From: the human T2T-CHM13v2.0 reference genome, Homo sapiens
Length of the DNA: 64,000 nucleotides
Strand: one strand, 5' to 3'
Assembly (NCBI RefSeq): GCF_009914755.1
Contig: NC_060943.1
The notes under the pieces were generated by a model. The model was not told where the DNA came from. It ran no database searches and worked only from the letters and a program-made list of their open reading frames with translations. Position numbers and translations under genes: made by a program. This document shows, one piece after another, positions 17,866 through 43,605 of the stretch (position 1 is its first letter; each line of letters begins with the position of its first letter).

Positions 17866-17884
17866 GCCCCACGTCGGAGAGCCA
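17866..17884 (-). promoter_or_regulatory. Primer-binding site, degenerate tRNA-Lys(CUU) type
   Basis: TGGCTCTCCGACGTGGGGC 2 nt after the 5' LTR versus canonical TGGCGCCCAACGTGGGGC. Confidence 0.85.
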
Positions 17885-17886
17885 GA

Positions 17887-18905
17887 TGTAGGGACCAGCC
17901 CCACAGGGTCAGTGGGTCTCTCCCTGTGTGCGGTGATGAGAGAGTGTAGAAATAAAGACACAAGACAAAGAAACAAGAGAAAAAGCAGCTGGGCCCGGGG
18001 GACCACTACCACCAATGCGCGGAGACCGGTAGTGGCCCCGAATGTCGGGCTGCGCTGTTATTTATTGGATACAAGGCAGAAGGGGCAGGGTAAAGAATGT
18101 GAGTCACCTCCAGTGATAGGTAAGGTCACGTGGGTCACATGTCCACTGGACAGGGGGCCCTTCCCTGCCTGGCAGCTGAGGCAGAGAGGGAGAGGAGACA
18201 AAGAGAAAGACAGCTTACGCCATTATTTCTGCATATCAGGGACTATTAGTACTTTCACTAATTGACTACTGCTATCTGGAAGGCAGAGCCAGGTGTACAG
18301 GATGGAACATGAAGGTGGACTAGGAGTGTGACCACTGAAGCACAGCATCACAGGGAGACAGGCCTCTGGATAACCGCGGGTGAGCCTGACTGATGTCAGG
18401 CCCTCCACAAGAGGTGGAGGAGCAGAGTCTTCTCTAAACTCCCCTGGGGAAAGGGAGACCCCCCCCCCACCCCCCACCCTTTCCCGGTCTGCTAAGTAGC
18501 GGGTGTTGTTTCTTGACACCTTTTGCTACCGCTGGACCATGATCAGCTTGGTAACGGGCATCTTCCCAGAAGCTGGCGTCACCGCTAGACCAAGGAGCCC
18601 TCTGGTGGCCCTGTCCGGGCATAACAGAAGGCTCGCACACTTGTCTTCTGGTCACACCTCACTATGTCCCCTCAGCTCCTATCTCTGTATAGCCTGGTTT
18701 TTCCTAGGCTATGATTATTGAGTGAGGATTATCATAATATTGGAATAAAAAGTAATTGCTACCAACTAATGATTAATGATACTCATATATAATCATATCT
18801 AAGATCTATATCTGGTATAACAATTCTTGTTTTATATTTTATTACACTGGAACAGCTCGTGTCCTCTGTCTCTTGCCTCAGTGCCTGGGTGGCTTGCCAC
18901 CCACA
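17887..18905 (-). mobile_element. 5' LTR (LTR13-like, 1019 bp)
   Basis: Direct repeat of 8612-9632; followed on the minus strand by the PBS. Confidence 0.95.
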
Positions 18906-21735
18906 AATACAATTATGGGTTTCTACCAGCAAGAAAATCTCAGAGAAAATAGAGATTCTCATGCATATTTTATGAAGCCCTCACATGGTATAGAGAGTAT
19001 CCTATAAGGGCCCAACACACAAGGGAAATTGTGACACTTGTATGCACAAGCAGCCTACAGTATTAATAGCCATTCTCGTACATGAACACCGCTCACTGTA
19101 GAGGTTCTGAATCTAAAACCCAGAGGCAGTCAAAAGTTAAAAAATTGTCCCCCATATGTGAATCCAGTCACAGGTATTGGTGACTCTCAGGCCAATATTC
19201 AGCACACCTTTAAGACTGTGACTTTACTAAAAAGACACAGTAAGCAGGAAGGATTGAGGCTTTCATGCATGGATTAAGTACATGATTGAGATTGGGACTC
19301 ATGTACTTTGACCCAACATACAAAGTGTTGACTCTCGTACCTGGAACAAAGACACACGTGAGATTGTCAATCTCATCTCTAAATCATCCTGCAGGTGTGA
19401 TTGTAACATACACCTTTTCCCAGCACCTGAGTGATTGGATCCTCCTACCTCAGCCTAGTCCCCAGAAAAAAATTTTGACATATTGCTGGACTGAGCACCT
19501 AGATGATGTGACTCTATTTTCTTGGAGCTGCACACAGTGGGTAGTTTGACATATTGCTGGGCTGTGAATTCAGGTGATGTGAGTCACCTCTCCACATTCC
19601 ACAGGGGGCATTGTGACATATCACTTGGCCTCACATCCAGGTTATATGACTCCTGCCCGCACCCTACACACATGAGCCATTTGTGACATAATGGCCAGCA
19701 CCCAGGTAATGTAACTCTTTTGCCTGGGCCCTGTTTACATAAGACATTTGGTCACATCTCTGCACCCATCAACCATGTGATCTGACTCTCTTCTTTTGCC
19801 TTATTTCTGCTCACAGGAAAAATTATGGCATATCATTGGGCCCAGCATCAGTGATTATGACATATCACTGGGCTCAGCCCAGCCTAGCTGATGTGGCTCT
19901 TCTCTCTCTCTCTCTCTCTCTCTCTTTCACTCTCTCTCTTTTAGATTCTGACCACAAAAGAGATTGTGACACATTGCTGAGTCCAACATCAAGATGATGT
20001 TATACTTTTAACTTGGCCCTGCCCTCAGAAAGCATTGTGACATATTTCTGATGCCAGCATTAAGATTATGTCAGCCTCCTGCTTGCTCCTTTCCAAAAGG
20101 AGGCATTGTGACATATCTCTGGGCTAATTAACAATTTGATGTGAGTCTTCTCTCTTACTTTGGTTTTTCTCATAGGAGAAATTGTGACATGTCTCTGAAC
20201 CCAGCACCTCGGTGATGTCACTGTTCTCTTTTTTCTTAATTATGTCCACAAAAGAAAGAGTGACTTGTCACAGAGCCCAGGACACAGGTGATGTGATTAT
20301 TCAATCTGGTCCCTGCCCGAGGGGTCACTGTGACATATCTTAGGGCCATCACCAAATAATGTGGATCTCCTGTTCTTCCTGGGACTTATCCACAGTGAAG
20401 ATTGTAACACATTGCTTGGGCCAGTGTTTATATGATATGACTTTCCTCTTATCCTGCTGGCTAGGGTAATTGGAACATTTAGGTGGCCCAGCCTCTAGTT
20501 TATGTAAATCTCCTTTTTTTCCTGAGCCTAACCCACAGGGGGGCATTTCAATGTATTTCTGGGCTTTTCACCTAGGTGATGTGACTTTGCTGCCTGGGCC
20601 CTTCCCTCAGGAGCTATTGTGACGTATTGCCAGAACAAGCACCTAGCTGATGTGTCTCTCCACTACAGACAGTGTCATCACAGGGCCAATCAAAAATATG
20701 AGATTGTGTTTCTCATATGCATACTTAACCAAGTGTTATAATTGTCACTCTTAAACATGGAAAGAATCCACTGGTGCTGTCCTTAATCTCACACGTGGGT
20801 GTAGTCCACAGTTGGAATAGTGACTGTCATATTTGACTATCCAGCTAAAGTTGGGATTGTTACTCATTTCTAAACCCAGATCATAGGCAGGTGAAGACTC
20901 TCCTATCTTGACCCAGCCAATGGGAAAGGTGTTGACTCTTATAACTTTGCTTAGTGCCACAGGTTCAAACATGAGTCCATACGAGTAAAAAGGTCTCAGA
21001 GAGAATTTGCATCTCTCATGCTTATCATATAAAGTTCTCAGATGATACAGAGAGTGTCCTAACAGGACCCAGCATACAGGTGACATTGTGCCACTTTTAT
21101 GCACATCCACCCAACAGGAAAGATTAAACACAGAGCCCAGGCAAAAACCTCACACATGAACCCAGCCCCCTGTTGAGGTTTGGAATCTCAAATCCAGACA
21201 GAGTACGAAGTTAGAAAATTGACTCTCATATGTAGATGTCATCCACAGGTGTGTTAATGCCTGTCAGATCAACATTCAACACACCTGTGAGCCTGTGTCT
21301 CCACTAAAATAACACACTCTGCACAAAAAACCTAGGCTCCAATGTGCAACTGCACACCACCATTGAGATTTTGACTCATGTACTTAGAATCAACATACGG
21401 GTGGTATTTACTCTCATATTGAAAACCAGGATGTGTCCAGGAGTGTTAATCTCACCTGTGAACCTTTTTTGCAAGTGTGATTGTGACCTATGCCTCTGCC
21501 CATCATCTATTTGAGTCTTCTGCCTGGGACCAGCCAACAGATGGGATTGTGACATACGGCTGGAGCCAGCATTTAAATGATGTGACTCCATTTTTCTGCC
21601 TTGGTGCTGCCAATTGGGCCCAGAACCAAGGTGATGTGAGTTTTCTGCCTAAAATCCACCCACAGGGAGCATTATGACAAATCTTTCAGCCCATCAATTG
21701 TTTGATGTGACTTTTCTTTTACCGGAGCTTTTTCT
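18906..21735. repeat. Diverged beta-satellite-like array (block 2) with spacer units; includes (CT)n at ~19900-19940
   Basis: Resumes in register with the spacer interrupted at 8611; same ~70-bp monomer motifs. Confidence 0.85.
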
Positions 21736-21749
21736 TTTTTTTTTTTTTG

Positions 21750-22045
21750 TTATTTTTAATTATTATAAATACATAATGGTTATACATATTTATCGGGTAC
21801 ATGTGATATTTTGATACAGGTGTACAACATGTATGATCAAATCATGCTCACTGGGGTATTCATCACCTCAAGCATTTATCATTTCTTTCTATTAGGAACA
21901 TTCCAATTCGACTTTTAGTTATTTTAAAATACACAATAAATTATTGTTAAACATAGTCACCCTATTGTGCTATGAAATACTACATTTTATTCATTCTATT
22001 TGTGTTTTTCTATCCACTCTTTATTATCCTCTCTTTATTATCCTT
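21750..22045 (-). mobile_element. Fragment resembling an older L1 (L1MA/PB-like) 3' end, carried inside the L1PA TSDs
   Basis: tacatatttat..gggtacatgtgatattttgatac..catcacctcaagcatttatc..caataaattattgtta is typical of old L1 3' termini; lies between two poly(T) tracts. Confidence 0.75.
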
Positions 22046-22267
22046 TCTTTCTTCTTTTTTTAAAATTATACATTAAGTTCTATGGTACATATGCACAACG
22101 TGCAGATTTGTTATATAGATATACATGTGCCATGTTGGTTTGCTGCACCCATCAACTCATCAATCATTTACATTAGGTATTTCTCCTAATGCTATCCTCC
22201 CTGCCAGCCCCCCACCCCCTGACAGGTGTGTGATGTTCCCTGTCCTGTGTCCAAGTGTTCTCATTGT

Positions 22268-26354
<4,087 letters not shown>

Positions 26355-26417
26355 TATAATGTTAGCTGGTTATTTTGCCTGTTAATTGATGCAGTTTCTT
26401 CATAGCATCGATGGTCT

Positions 26418-27444
26418 TTACAATTTGACATGTTTTTGCAGTGGCTGGTACAGGTTGTTTTTTTCCATGTTTAGTGCTTCCTTCAGGAGCTCTTGTAAGG
26501 CAGGCCCGGTGGTGACAAAAATCTCTGTGCATGTGCTTGTCTGTAAAGGATTTTATTTCTCCTTCATTTATGAAGCTTAGTTTGGCTGGATATGAGATTC
26601 TGGGTTGAAAATTCTTTTCTTTAAGAATTTTGAATATTGGCCCCCACTCTCTTCTGGCTTGTAGGGTTTCTGCTGAGTAATCTGCTGTTAGTCTGATGGG
26701 CTTCCCTTTGTGGGTAATCCAACCTTTTTCTCTGGCTGCCCTTAACATTTTTTCCTTCATTTCAACCTTGATGAATCTGCCAATTATGTGTCTTGGAGTT
26801 GCTCTTCTTGAGGAGTATCTTTGTGGTGTTCTCTGTATTTCCTGAATGAGAATGTTGGCCTGCCTTGCTAGATTGGGGAAGTTCTCCTGGATAATACCCT
26901 GAAAAGTGTTTTCCAACTTGGTGCCATTCTCGCCATCACTCTCAGGTACACCAATCAAATGTAGATTTGGTCTTTTCACATAGTCTTATATTTCTTGGAG
27001 GCTTTGTATGTTTTTTTACTCTTTTTTCTCTTAACTTGTCTTCTTACTTTATTTCATTAATTTGTTCTTCAATCAATAATATCCTTTCTTCCGCCTGATT
27101 GAAATGGCTATTGAAGCTTGTGCATGTGTCATGTAGTTCTTGTGCCATGGTTTTCAGCTCCATCAGGTCATTTAATGTCTTCTCTACACTGTTTATTCTA
27201 GTTAGCCATTCATCTAACCTTCTTTAAAGTTTTTTTTAGCTTCCTTGCGATGGGTTAGGACATGCTCCTTTAGCTCGGAGAAGTTTGTTATTACCGACCT
27301 TCTGAAGCCTACTTCTGTCAACTTGTCAAAGTCATTCTCCATCCAGCTTTGTTCCATTAATGCTGAGGAGCTGCAATCCTTTGCAGAACAAGAGGTGCTC
27401 TGATTTTTAGAATTTTCAGGTTTTCTGCTCTGGTTTCTCCCCAT
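26418..27444 (-). pseudogene. L1 ORF1 (RNA-binding p40), fragmented
   Basis: MGRNQSRK start; KRPNLHLIGVPE, RRATPRHII, ARREW, YPAKLSF motifs in broken frames. Confidence 0.92.
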
Positions 27445-28465
27445 CTTTGTGGTTTTATCTACCTTTGGTCTTTGATGTTGGTAACCTACAGGTGAGGTTT
27501 TGGTGTGGGTGTCCTTTTTGTTGATGTTGATGCTATTCCTTTCTGCTTGTTAATTTTCCTTCTAACAGTCAGGTCCCTCATCTGCAGGTCTGCTGGAGTT
27601 TGCTGGAGGTCCACTCCAGACCCTGTTTGCCTGGGTATCACCATCAGAGGCTGCAGAACAGCAAATATTGCAGAACAGCAAATATTGCTGCCTGATCCTT
27701 CCTCTGGAAGCTTCATCCCAGAGGGCATCCATCTGTATGAGGTGTCAGTTGGCCCCTACTGGGAGGTGTCTCCCAGTTAGGCTACAAGGGGGTCAGGGAC
27801 CCACTTGAGGAGGCAGTCTGTCCATTCTCAGGGTTCAAAACCCATGCTGGGAGAACCACTGCTCTCTTCAGAGCTGTCAGACTGAGACGTTTAAGTTTGC
27901 AGAAGTTTCTGCTGGCTTTTGTTCAGCTATGCCCTGCCCACAGAGGTGGAGTCTATAGAGGCAGTAGGCCTTGCTGTGCTGTGGTGGACTCCACCCAGTT
28001 CGAGCTTCCTGGCCACTTTGTTTATGTACTCAAGCCTCAGCAATGGTGGAAGCCTCTCCCCACACCAGGCTGTGACCTTGCAGGTCAATCTCAGACTGCT
28101 GCACTAGCAGTGAGCAAGGCTCTGTGGGCGTGGGACCCATTGAGCTGGGCACAGGAGAAAGTCTCCTGTTCTGCCAGTTGCTAAGACCATGGGAAAAGTG
28201 CAGTATTTGGGTAGGAGTGTCCCGTTTTTCCAGGTACAGCCTGTTACGGCTTCCCTTGGCTAGGAAAGGAAAATCCCCTGACCCCTTGTGCTTCTTGGGT
28301 GAGGCCATGCCCCACCCTGCTTCGGCTCACCCACTGTCCAACCAGTCCCAATGAGATGAACCAGATACCTCAGTTGGAAATGCAGAAATCACCCATCTTC
28401 TGCATCGATCACACTGGGAGCTGAAGACTGGACCTGTTTCTATTCAGCCATCTTGGAATGGAATC

Positions 28466-31401
28466 TACCAGAGCTTTTTCTATAGAAGAGATTTTGATAT
28501 ATTTTGGGGCCCAGCACCTATGTGATGTGACTCTCTTCTCTTTCTTTAGCCATGACCACAGTGGGAGTCCATAACACCACAAAAGTCACAGAGTGAATTG
28601 TAACTCTCATGCATACTGTACAAAGCCCTTGAATAGCACTGTGTTTTTACAGAGATCAGCACACAGGTGACATTGTGACACTCATATGCACACCCAGAAT
28701 CAGTAAAAATTGAATCTTTCCATACAGACACAGCTGACAGTTGAGATTCTGAATCTCACATCCAGAGGCAGTTGAAAGTTTGAAAATTGACTCTCATACA
28801 TAGACTCATTCCAGAGATAGTTTGATGAGTTTCAGACCAAGATTCAGCACACCTGGAAGGCTGTGACTCCCCTGAGGGGACAGAGTCTGCAGGAGATATT
28901 GAGGCTGTCATGTACGTATCTATGCCACAGTTCAGATTGTGACTCATGCACTTATTTTCAACCTGCAGTAGGTGTTGACTCACATACCAAGAACTAGGAA
29001 ATGTATGAAATTTATAATCTCATCCCAGAACCTTCCTTCAGGTGTGATTGCAACATACACCTCTTCCAAGCACCTGAGTAATTTAACTCTCCTGCCTGAG
29101 CTTAGCTTGCAAATGAAATTGTGACATATCACTGGATTCAGTACCTAGGTGATATGACTCTATTCTCCTGCTTTGGTGCTGCCCATAGGGGACATTGTGA
29201 CATATCAGTAGGCCCAGATTTTTTTTTTTTTTTGTGATTGAACAACGCTGCCTGTACCCTTCTTTCTGAAGGAGATTTTAATGTAATTATTGCTGAGCAT
29301 CCAGGTGATGTGGCTCTCCTACCTGGTGCCTGCCCTCAGGAAAGATTGTCACGTACATCTTGGCACAGATCACAGATGCAATGATGACTCTCATACCTTG
29401 AACCAGCCAATAGGAAGGTATTTTTTCTCTTTAGGCTTAGGGAAATGGGTAAGATCCTGGGTCTCCTCTTTGTATGATGGTCATAAAGGATTACCACACT
29501 TTCATTTATCTTACAAAGCTCTCTGGTGGTATGGAGAGTGCCATCACAGGGCCTAGTGCACAAGTGAAATTGTGTTTATTGTATGCACACCCCATCAACC
29601 ATTAAGATTGTCACCTTCACACATAGAAAGAGCCAACTGATGAGTTTCTTAATCACACAGCTATGAGGCCCACAGTTGGAATTGTGATCATCATATGAGA
29701 ACATTCTGCCAGAGGTGAGATGGTAACCCATCTCTAAACCCAGATCATAGGCAAGTGAGGACTATTTGAACTGGACCCAGCCAATTGAAGGGATGTTGAC
29801 TCTGCTGCTTGGGCTTAGGGTCACAAGTGTAATCATGGATTTATGTTAGCATAAAAGTCCCAGAGCAAATTGCAACTCCCACACATACCTTATAAAGCCC
29901 TCAGTGGTACAGAGACTATTTTAACAGGGTACAGCACACAGGTGTGATTGTGAAGCTTGTATACACATCCAACTGAAGTAAAGATTGCCATCTTCTTAGA
30001 TGAACAAAGCCCACTGTCGAAGTTTTGAGTCTCACACCTGGAGGCAGTGGAAAGTTTGAAATTGACTTTCTGTTCCACAGAAGGGTGAGTGACTGTAAGA
30101 TCAAGATTCAGCACACGTGTGAGAATGTGACTCCACTACAGAAATACAGTTCACAAGAGGGATTGAGGCTCTCACACAGATTCAGTCCAGTGTTGAGATT
30201 GTGACTGATGTACTTAGACACAACACAAAGGGCATGTTGGCTCTGTTACCTAGAACTGGGACATGTGCTGGATTCTTAATTTAATCTCTGGACCTTCCTG
30301 CAGGAGTGACAGTGACATGTGTCTCTTTCCAGCACCTGAGTGATTTGACTCTTTTGCTTGGGGCCTGCCCAAATATGAGTTTGTGACATATCACTAAAGG
30401 TAGCACCTAGGTGATGTGACTCATTCTCTTTACTTGGTGCTGGCCATAAGAGACATTTTGACATATCATGGGCCTTGCAACCTGGTGGTACGAATCTTCT
30501 CTTCTGTCTTTGTTTTTTTTTTAAGGCGGCATTGTGACATATTGCTGCCCTGCAAAAGGGTTGTGTGACGCTCCTGCCTGTGCCCTGTCCACATAGACCA
30601 TTGTAACATATTGTTGGGTCTAACACTTTGGTGATGTAACTCTCCTGCCTGGTCCCTGCCTACAGAGGACATTGTGACATATTTCTCTGCCCATCACCCG
30701 GTTGATGTGACTCACTTCTCCTGCCTGGTCTCTGCTCACAGAGGAGATTGTGACATATACCTGGGCCCAGGACCTAGCTAATTTGTCTTTTGTCTTTTTA
30801 CAGCTTTCTGCCAACAAGAAAGATAGTGATATATAATGGGGTTTAATTCCAAGGTATTAATAATATTGCTATTTTCCCTTGGCCCTGCTCTCAGATGGAA
30901 TTGGGACATATTGATAGGCCCCAGAAGCAAGGCGATGTGAGTCTCCTGCCTGGAGCCTGTCCACAGAGGGCATTGCTGCGTATCTCTGAGCTCATCAACT
31001 ATTTGATATGACTCTCCTTTTACTTGAGTTTTTTTAAATAAAAGAGATTTTGACATATCTGTGGGCCCAGCACCTAGGTGATGGAACTGTCTTCTGCCTG
31101 AGTCACTCCCACAGATGAGACAGTGACTTATTTCTTGGACCAGCACACTAGTGATGTAATTTTCCTGCCTGATTTCTGCACACAGATTTCACTGTGACAT
31201 ATCTCTGGCCCCATCACCTATATGATTTGACAGTCTTCTTTGTTCTGGGACCTCTCCACAGTAGGCATTGTGATATATCACTTGGCCTAGCAGGTAAGGT
31301 GACTCTTCTCTCATTCCTGGGCCTTGCCCACTAAGGTAATTGTGACATATAGCTGGGCTCAGCCCCTAGGTTATGTGAATCTCCTCTTTTTCCTGAGCCC
31401 C
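28466..31401. repeat. Diverged beta-satellite-like array (block 3) with spacer units (~28560-29070, ~29380-30330)
   Basis: Same monomer and spacer motifs. Confidence 0.85.
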
Positions 31402-40014
<8,613 letters not shown>

Positions 40015-41829
40015 TGTTACTGGCAGCAAATCCGTATGGGCATGGATCTGCAGCAACCTTAATTCTTACCTCCTAAGAAGAAAAAACTCAACTTAGAGGC
40101 ATAAGGCAGAAGGAGAGACTGAGGAAAGTTTTAGAACAGGAGTGACAACTGTAGAACAGAAACAAAATGAAGGAAAGTACACTTGGAAGAGGGCCAAGTG
40201 GGTGACTAAAAAGGGAAGTGCACGGTTTGACATTTGACCTGGGGTTTTCTATGTTGGCATACTTCTGGGGTCTCACATTAATTCTCCCCATTGCCTAACT
40301 CCTGAGATCTTATTGGGAAGTTGCTGATTACCAGTTTTAGGTAATCCACTAATTGTCTGCTTGAGAGGAGAAGAGATGCTGAAGTTAACAGTGGGTCCCT
40401 CTTCATCCTTGGGGTTCTGGAATGAATCAGTCTTACCATGTACCCCTAACTTTTCATGCCCTTATCAAGAAGCAATGTTTATTTGAATCAGGTGGGCAAA
40501 GTGTTTCAAAAGTCACTGGAAAACTCAGTTCTGGGACATAATAGGAATAAAAAGTATACAGTAAGTCATAAGAAACTGACAGAGCCAGAGTTCAAATTGG
40601 TGCCTGTCCTGACAATGTGCCAGCAGACACGGAAGGGTTGGAGGTCATCTGAGCAGGTAGGGTAAGAACAAGTATAAATCTCAGGGGATATCCACAAGGG
40701 AGCCAGTGTCTTTGCTGCCATGCAAATGCAGTAAAAGCCATGGATGCTTAAATAACAGGGAGTTTGTGTTTAAGAAGTCACATGGCACGTGAAGTGAAAG
40801 CAAAGAGGCAGATGTGCCCCGGAAGCAGATAGTCCAGCAGGTGAGTAAGGCCATTTCTGAACACACACAGGGAACACAGGAGAATAGACAGTGCAGGTTT
40901 TGGGGAAAGAGACAATTTTAGTTAAAAAAGCAGAGGAACCCTAAGACATTTCATGGTGTTCAGCTTTAGCCCTATTACTCTTGAGAGTCTCCTGTCCAGG
41001 AGGGCCATAAGTGCATCAGTTCTACTCAGCATGGACCCCAAGGTTCTTCCCACCCCTGCAAACCATCTGTCAGGGTGAGCAGAGAGAAAGCCCATGGAAA
41101 CAGAGCCACTTGTGGCTGAGAGGAATCATTCTGGGAGCTGGTTAGTAAGCCATAGAGTGAAAGGGAAAAGAAAATCATATAGAGGGGTTAGCTGCCTCTA
41201 GCCAATGAAGGTGAGGCATAAAGGTCTTTCACCACTAGGGGACATATCTGAGTCATGCACACCAAAGCATGTTAGCAGCAAAAGGTACCAAGTCACACAG
41301 CACCAAAACATGTTACCAGCAGTGAATCCGCATGGGTACGGGTCTGTAGCAACCTCATTTCTTGCCTCTTCAGAAGAAAAAATTGACTGAGGGGCTTAAG
41401 GCAGAAAGAGAGACTGGGGGAAGTTTTAGAGCAGGAGTGAAAGTTTATTAAAAAGCTTTAGAACAGGAACAAAAGGAAGGAAAGTACACTTGGAAGAGGG
41501 CCAAGCAGGTGACTTCAAAGGCAAGTGAGCGGTTTGACTTTTTGACTTTGGGTTTTATATGTTGGCATACTTTTGGGGTCTTGTGTTACTTTTCCCACCT
41601 CACCCAACTCCTGAGATCTTATTGGGAAGCTGCTGATCACCAGTTTCACGTGCTTTCTATTTAGGAGACTGTCTTTCCCTGGTGCCGGTTGTCACCAATT
41701 ATTACTTTAGAGAGACAGTTAACAACTGCCTGACCATCACCTAATGGCTGACTGACACTCCTGGTGTGTGTGTTGAGGGCGGAGTCCTCTCTTGCCCTGC
41801 TCATACCTCACTGGCTACCTACTTTAACA
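40015..41829 (-). mobile_element. Deleted ERV1 (MER4-group) element: partial LTR 40015-~40340, internal remnant, LTR 41310-41829 (MER50/MER83-like)
   Basis: 40015-40340 repeats 41310-41650 (tgttac..gcagc..aatccg); LTR starts tgttaaagtaggtag on minus; PBS-like tggtgctgtgtgacttgg next to 41310. Confidence 0.75.
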
Positions 41830-41849
41830 CTGCAAGCATTGTGTAATGT

Positions 41850-42470
41850 TGGTAAAGGAGTTAGAAAGAAATTATTTAGGCAGATAGTGAGGGTAAAAGA
41901 GTCCTCACCAGAATTTTTCTTCTAACAAAAAGCAGCCCAAGAAATTTTCTTTTTCAATCATCAGCCTGAAAAATTGAGCTGCAAAAACAGATAAGCAACC
42001 TGGAAGTTTTTATGGGGGAATGCCAGCAGTTGTGCTAATAGAAAAGGGCAACCTGGGGGCTGGGCATATCCAACATGGGGGCTCCATCTTTCCTTCTTTG
42101 TGACCATGTATACGGTAAAGAAATCGGCAACATGGTACCCACCAGGCAAAGAACCCATATGCATAATAAAGAATTAGGGTGTGGTGGCCAGCTTTTTGTT
42201 CTCTATGCAAATGGCACACCTGGTCCAACCAATCTTTTGCACCCTATGTAAATCGGACACCACCTCCTCAAGCTTATCTATAAAACCTGCATTTCACCAT
42301 GGAACCAGTAACCAATCTCTGTGGGACTCCTCTCTACTGCAGAGAGCTCTTCTCTTTCTTTGCCTATTAAACTTCCACTCTTGACCTCAGTCTTGTGTGT
42401 CTGCATCCTTGATTTTCTTGGTGTAAGACAAGAAACTCTGGGTATCACACCAGACAATAAAGCTGCTTCA
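41850..42470 (+). mobile_element. Solo LTR, LTR9-like (ERV1)
   Basis: tggtaaaggagttagaaagaaattatttaggcagatagtgaggg ... tataaaa ... attaaa ... cagacaataaagctgcttca; ~620 bp, TG...CA, approximate TSD atgt/ttgt. Confidence 0.75.
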
Positions 42471-42487
42471 TTGTGACTCTCCTGCAT

Positions 42488-43165
42488 GGATATATATATA
42501 TACACACACGGATATATATATCTATATATGGATATATATATCGATATATATATATCCATATATAGATATATATCGATATATATATATCCATATATAGATA
42601 TATATCGATATATATATATCCATATATAGATATATATATCCATATATATATCTATATATGGATATATATATATCGATATATATATCTATATATGGATATA
42701 TATGGATATATATATGGATATATATGGATATATATATGGATATATATATGGATATATATATCTATATATGGATATATATATGGATATATATATCTATATA
42801 TGGATATATATATGGATATATATATCTATATATGGATATATATATGGATATATATATCTATATATGGATATATATATGGATATATATAACTATATATGGA
42901 TATATACATCTATATATGGATATATATATTGATTATATATAGATATATAGATATATATATGGATATATATATCCATATATGGATATATATGGATATATAT
43001 ATCCATATATGGATATATATGGATATATATATGGATTATATATAGATATATATAGATATATATATGGATTATATATAGATATATATAGATATATATATCT
43101 ATATATGGATATATATGATATATATGGACATATATGGATATATATATGGATGGATAGATAGCTAG
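42488..43165. repeat. (TA)n-derived compound minisatellite (TATATATGGA/TATATATCCA units) grown from an Alu tail
   Basis: ~680 bp of alternating TA interrupted by GGA, CCA, CGA, TCTA; abuts the 3' end of the antisense Alu. Confidence 0.95.
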
Positions 43166-43171
43166 ATACAG

Positions 43172-43321
43172 AGAGAGACAGTCTCATTCTGCCACCCAGG
43201 CTGGAGTGCAGCAGCACAATCTTGTGTCATTGCTAACTCTACCTCCCAGGTTCAAGTGATTTTAATGCCCCAGCCTCCTGTGTAGCTGGGATTACAGGTG
43301 TGCACCACCATGCATCCATCC

Positions 43322-43375
<54 letters not shown>

Positions 43376-43605
43376 TTTCTTTCCTTTTCTTCTCTTTCTT
43401 TCTTCTTTCTTTCTTCTTTCTTTCTTTCTTTTTCTTTCTTCTTTCTTCTTTTTTTCTTTCTTCTTTCTTTCTTTCTTTTTTTGTATTTTAGTAGAGATTG
43501 AGTTTTGCCATGTTTTCCAGGCTGATCTCAAACTTCTGATTACAAAAAATCCACCTGCCTCAGCCTCCCAAAGCATTGGAATTACAGGCATGAGCCATCA
43601 CAGCT
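43172..43605 (-). mobile_element. Old Alu with (TTTC)n expansion of the middle A-rich region (43324-43482)
   Basis: gagacagtctcattctgccacccaggctgg ... gtatttttagtagaga ... ggcatgagcca. Confidence 0.9.

Larger units (their letters stand above)
8612..18905 (-). mobile_element. Full-length HERV-K provirus, most likely HML-4 (HERVK13-int with LTR13)
   Basis: Two ~1.02 kb TG...CA LTRs beginning tgtgggtggcaagccacccagg on the minus strand, Lys-type PBS, gag-pro(dUTPase)-pol-env in three frames, PPT, 5-bp TSD aatac (8607-8611, 18906-18910). Betaretrovirus class is certain; HML-4 assignment rests on recalled LTR13 sequence and length. Confidence 0.9.

Noticed and set aside
42278-43591. Tyr/Ile-rich and Lys/Glu- or Phe/Ser-rich ORFs
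   Set aside because: Artefacts of (TA)n and (TTTC)n simple repeats
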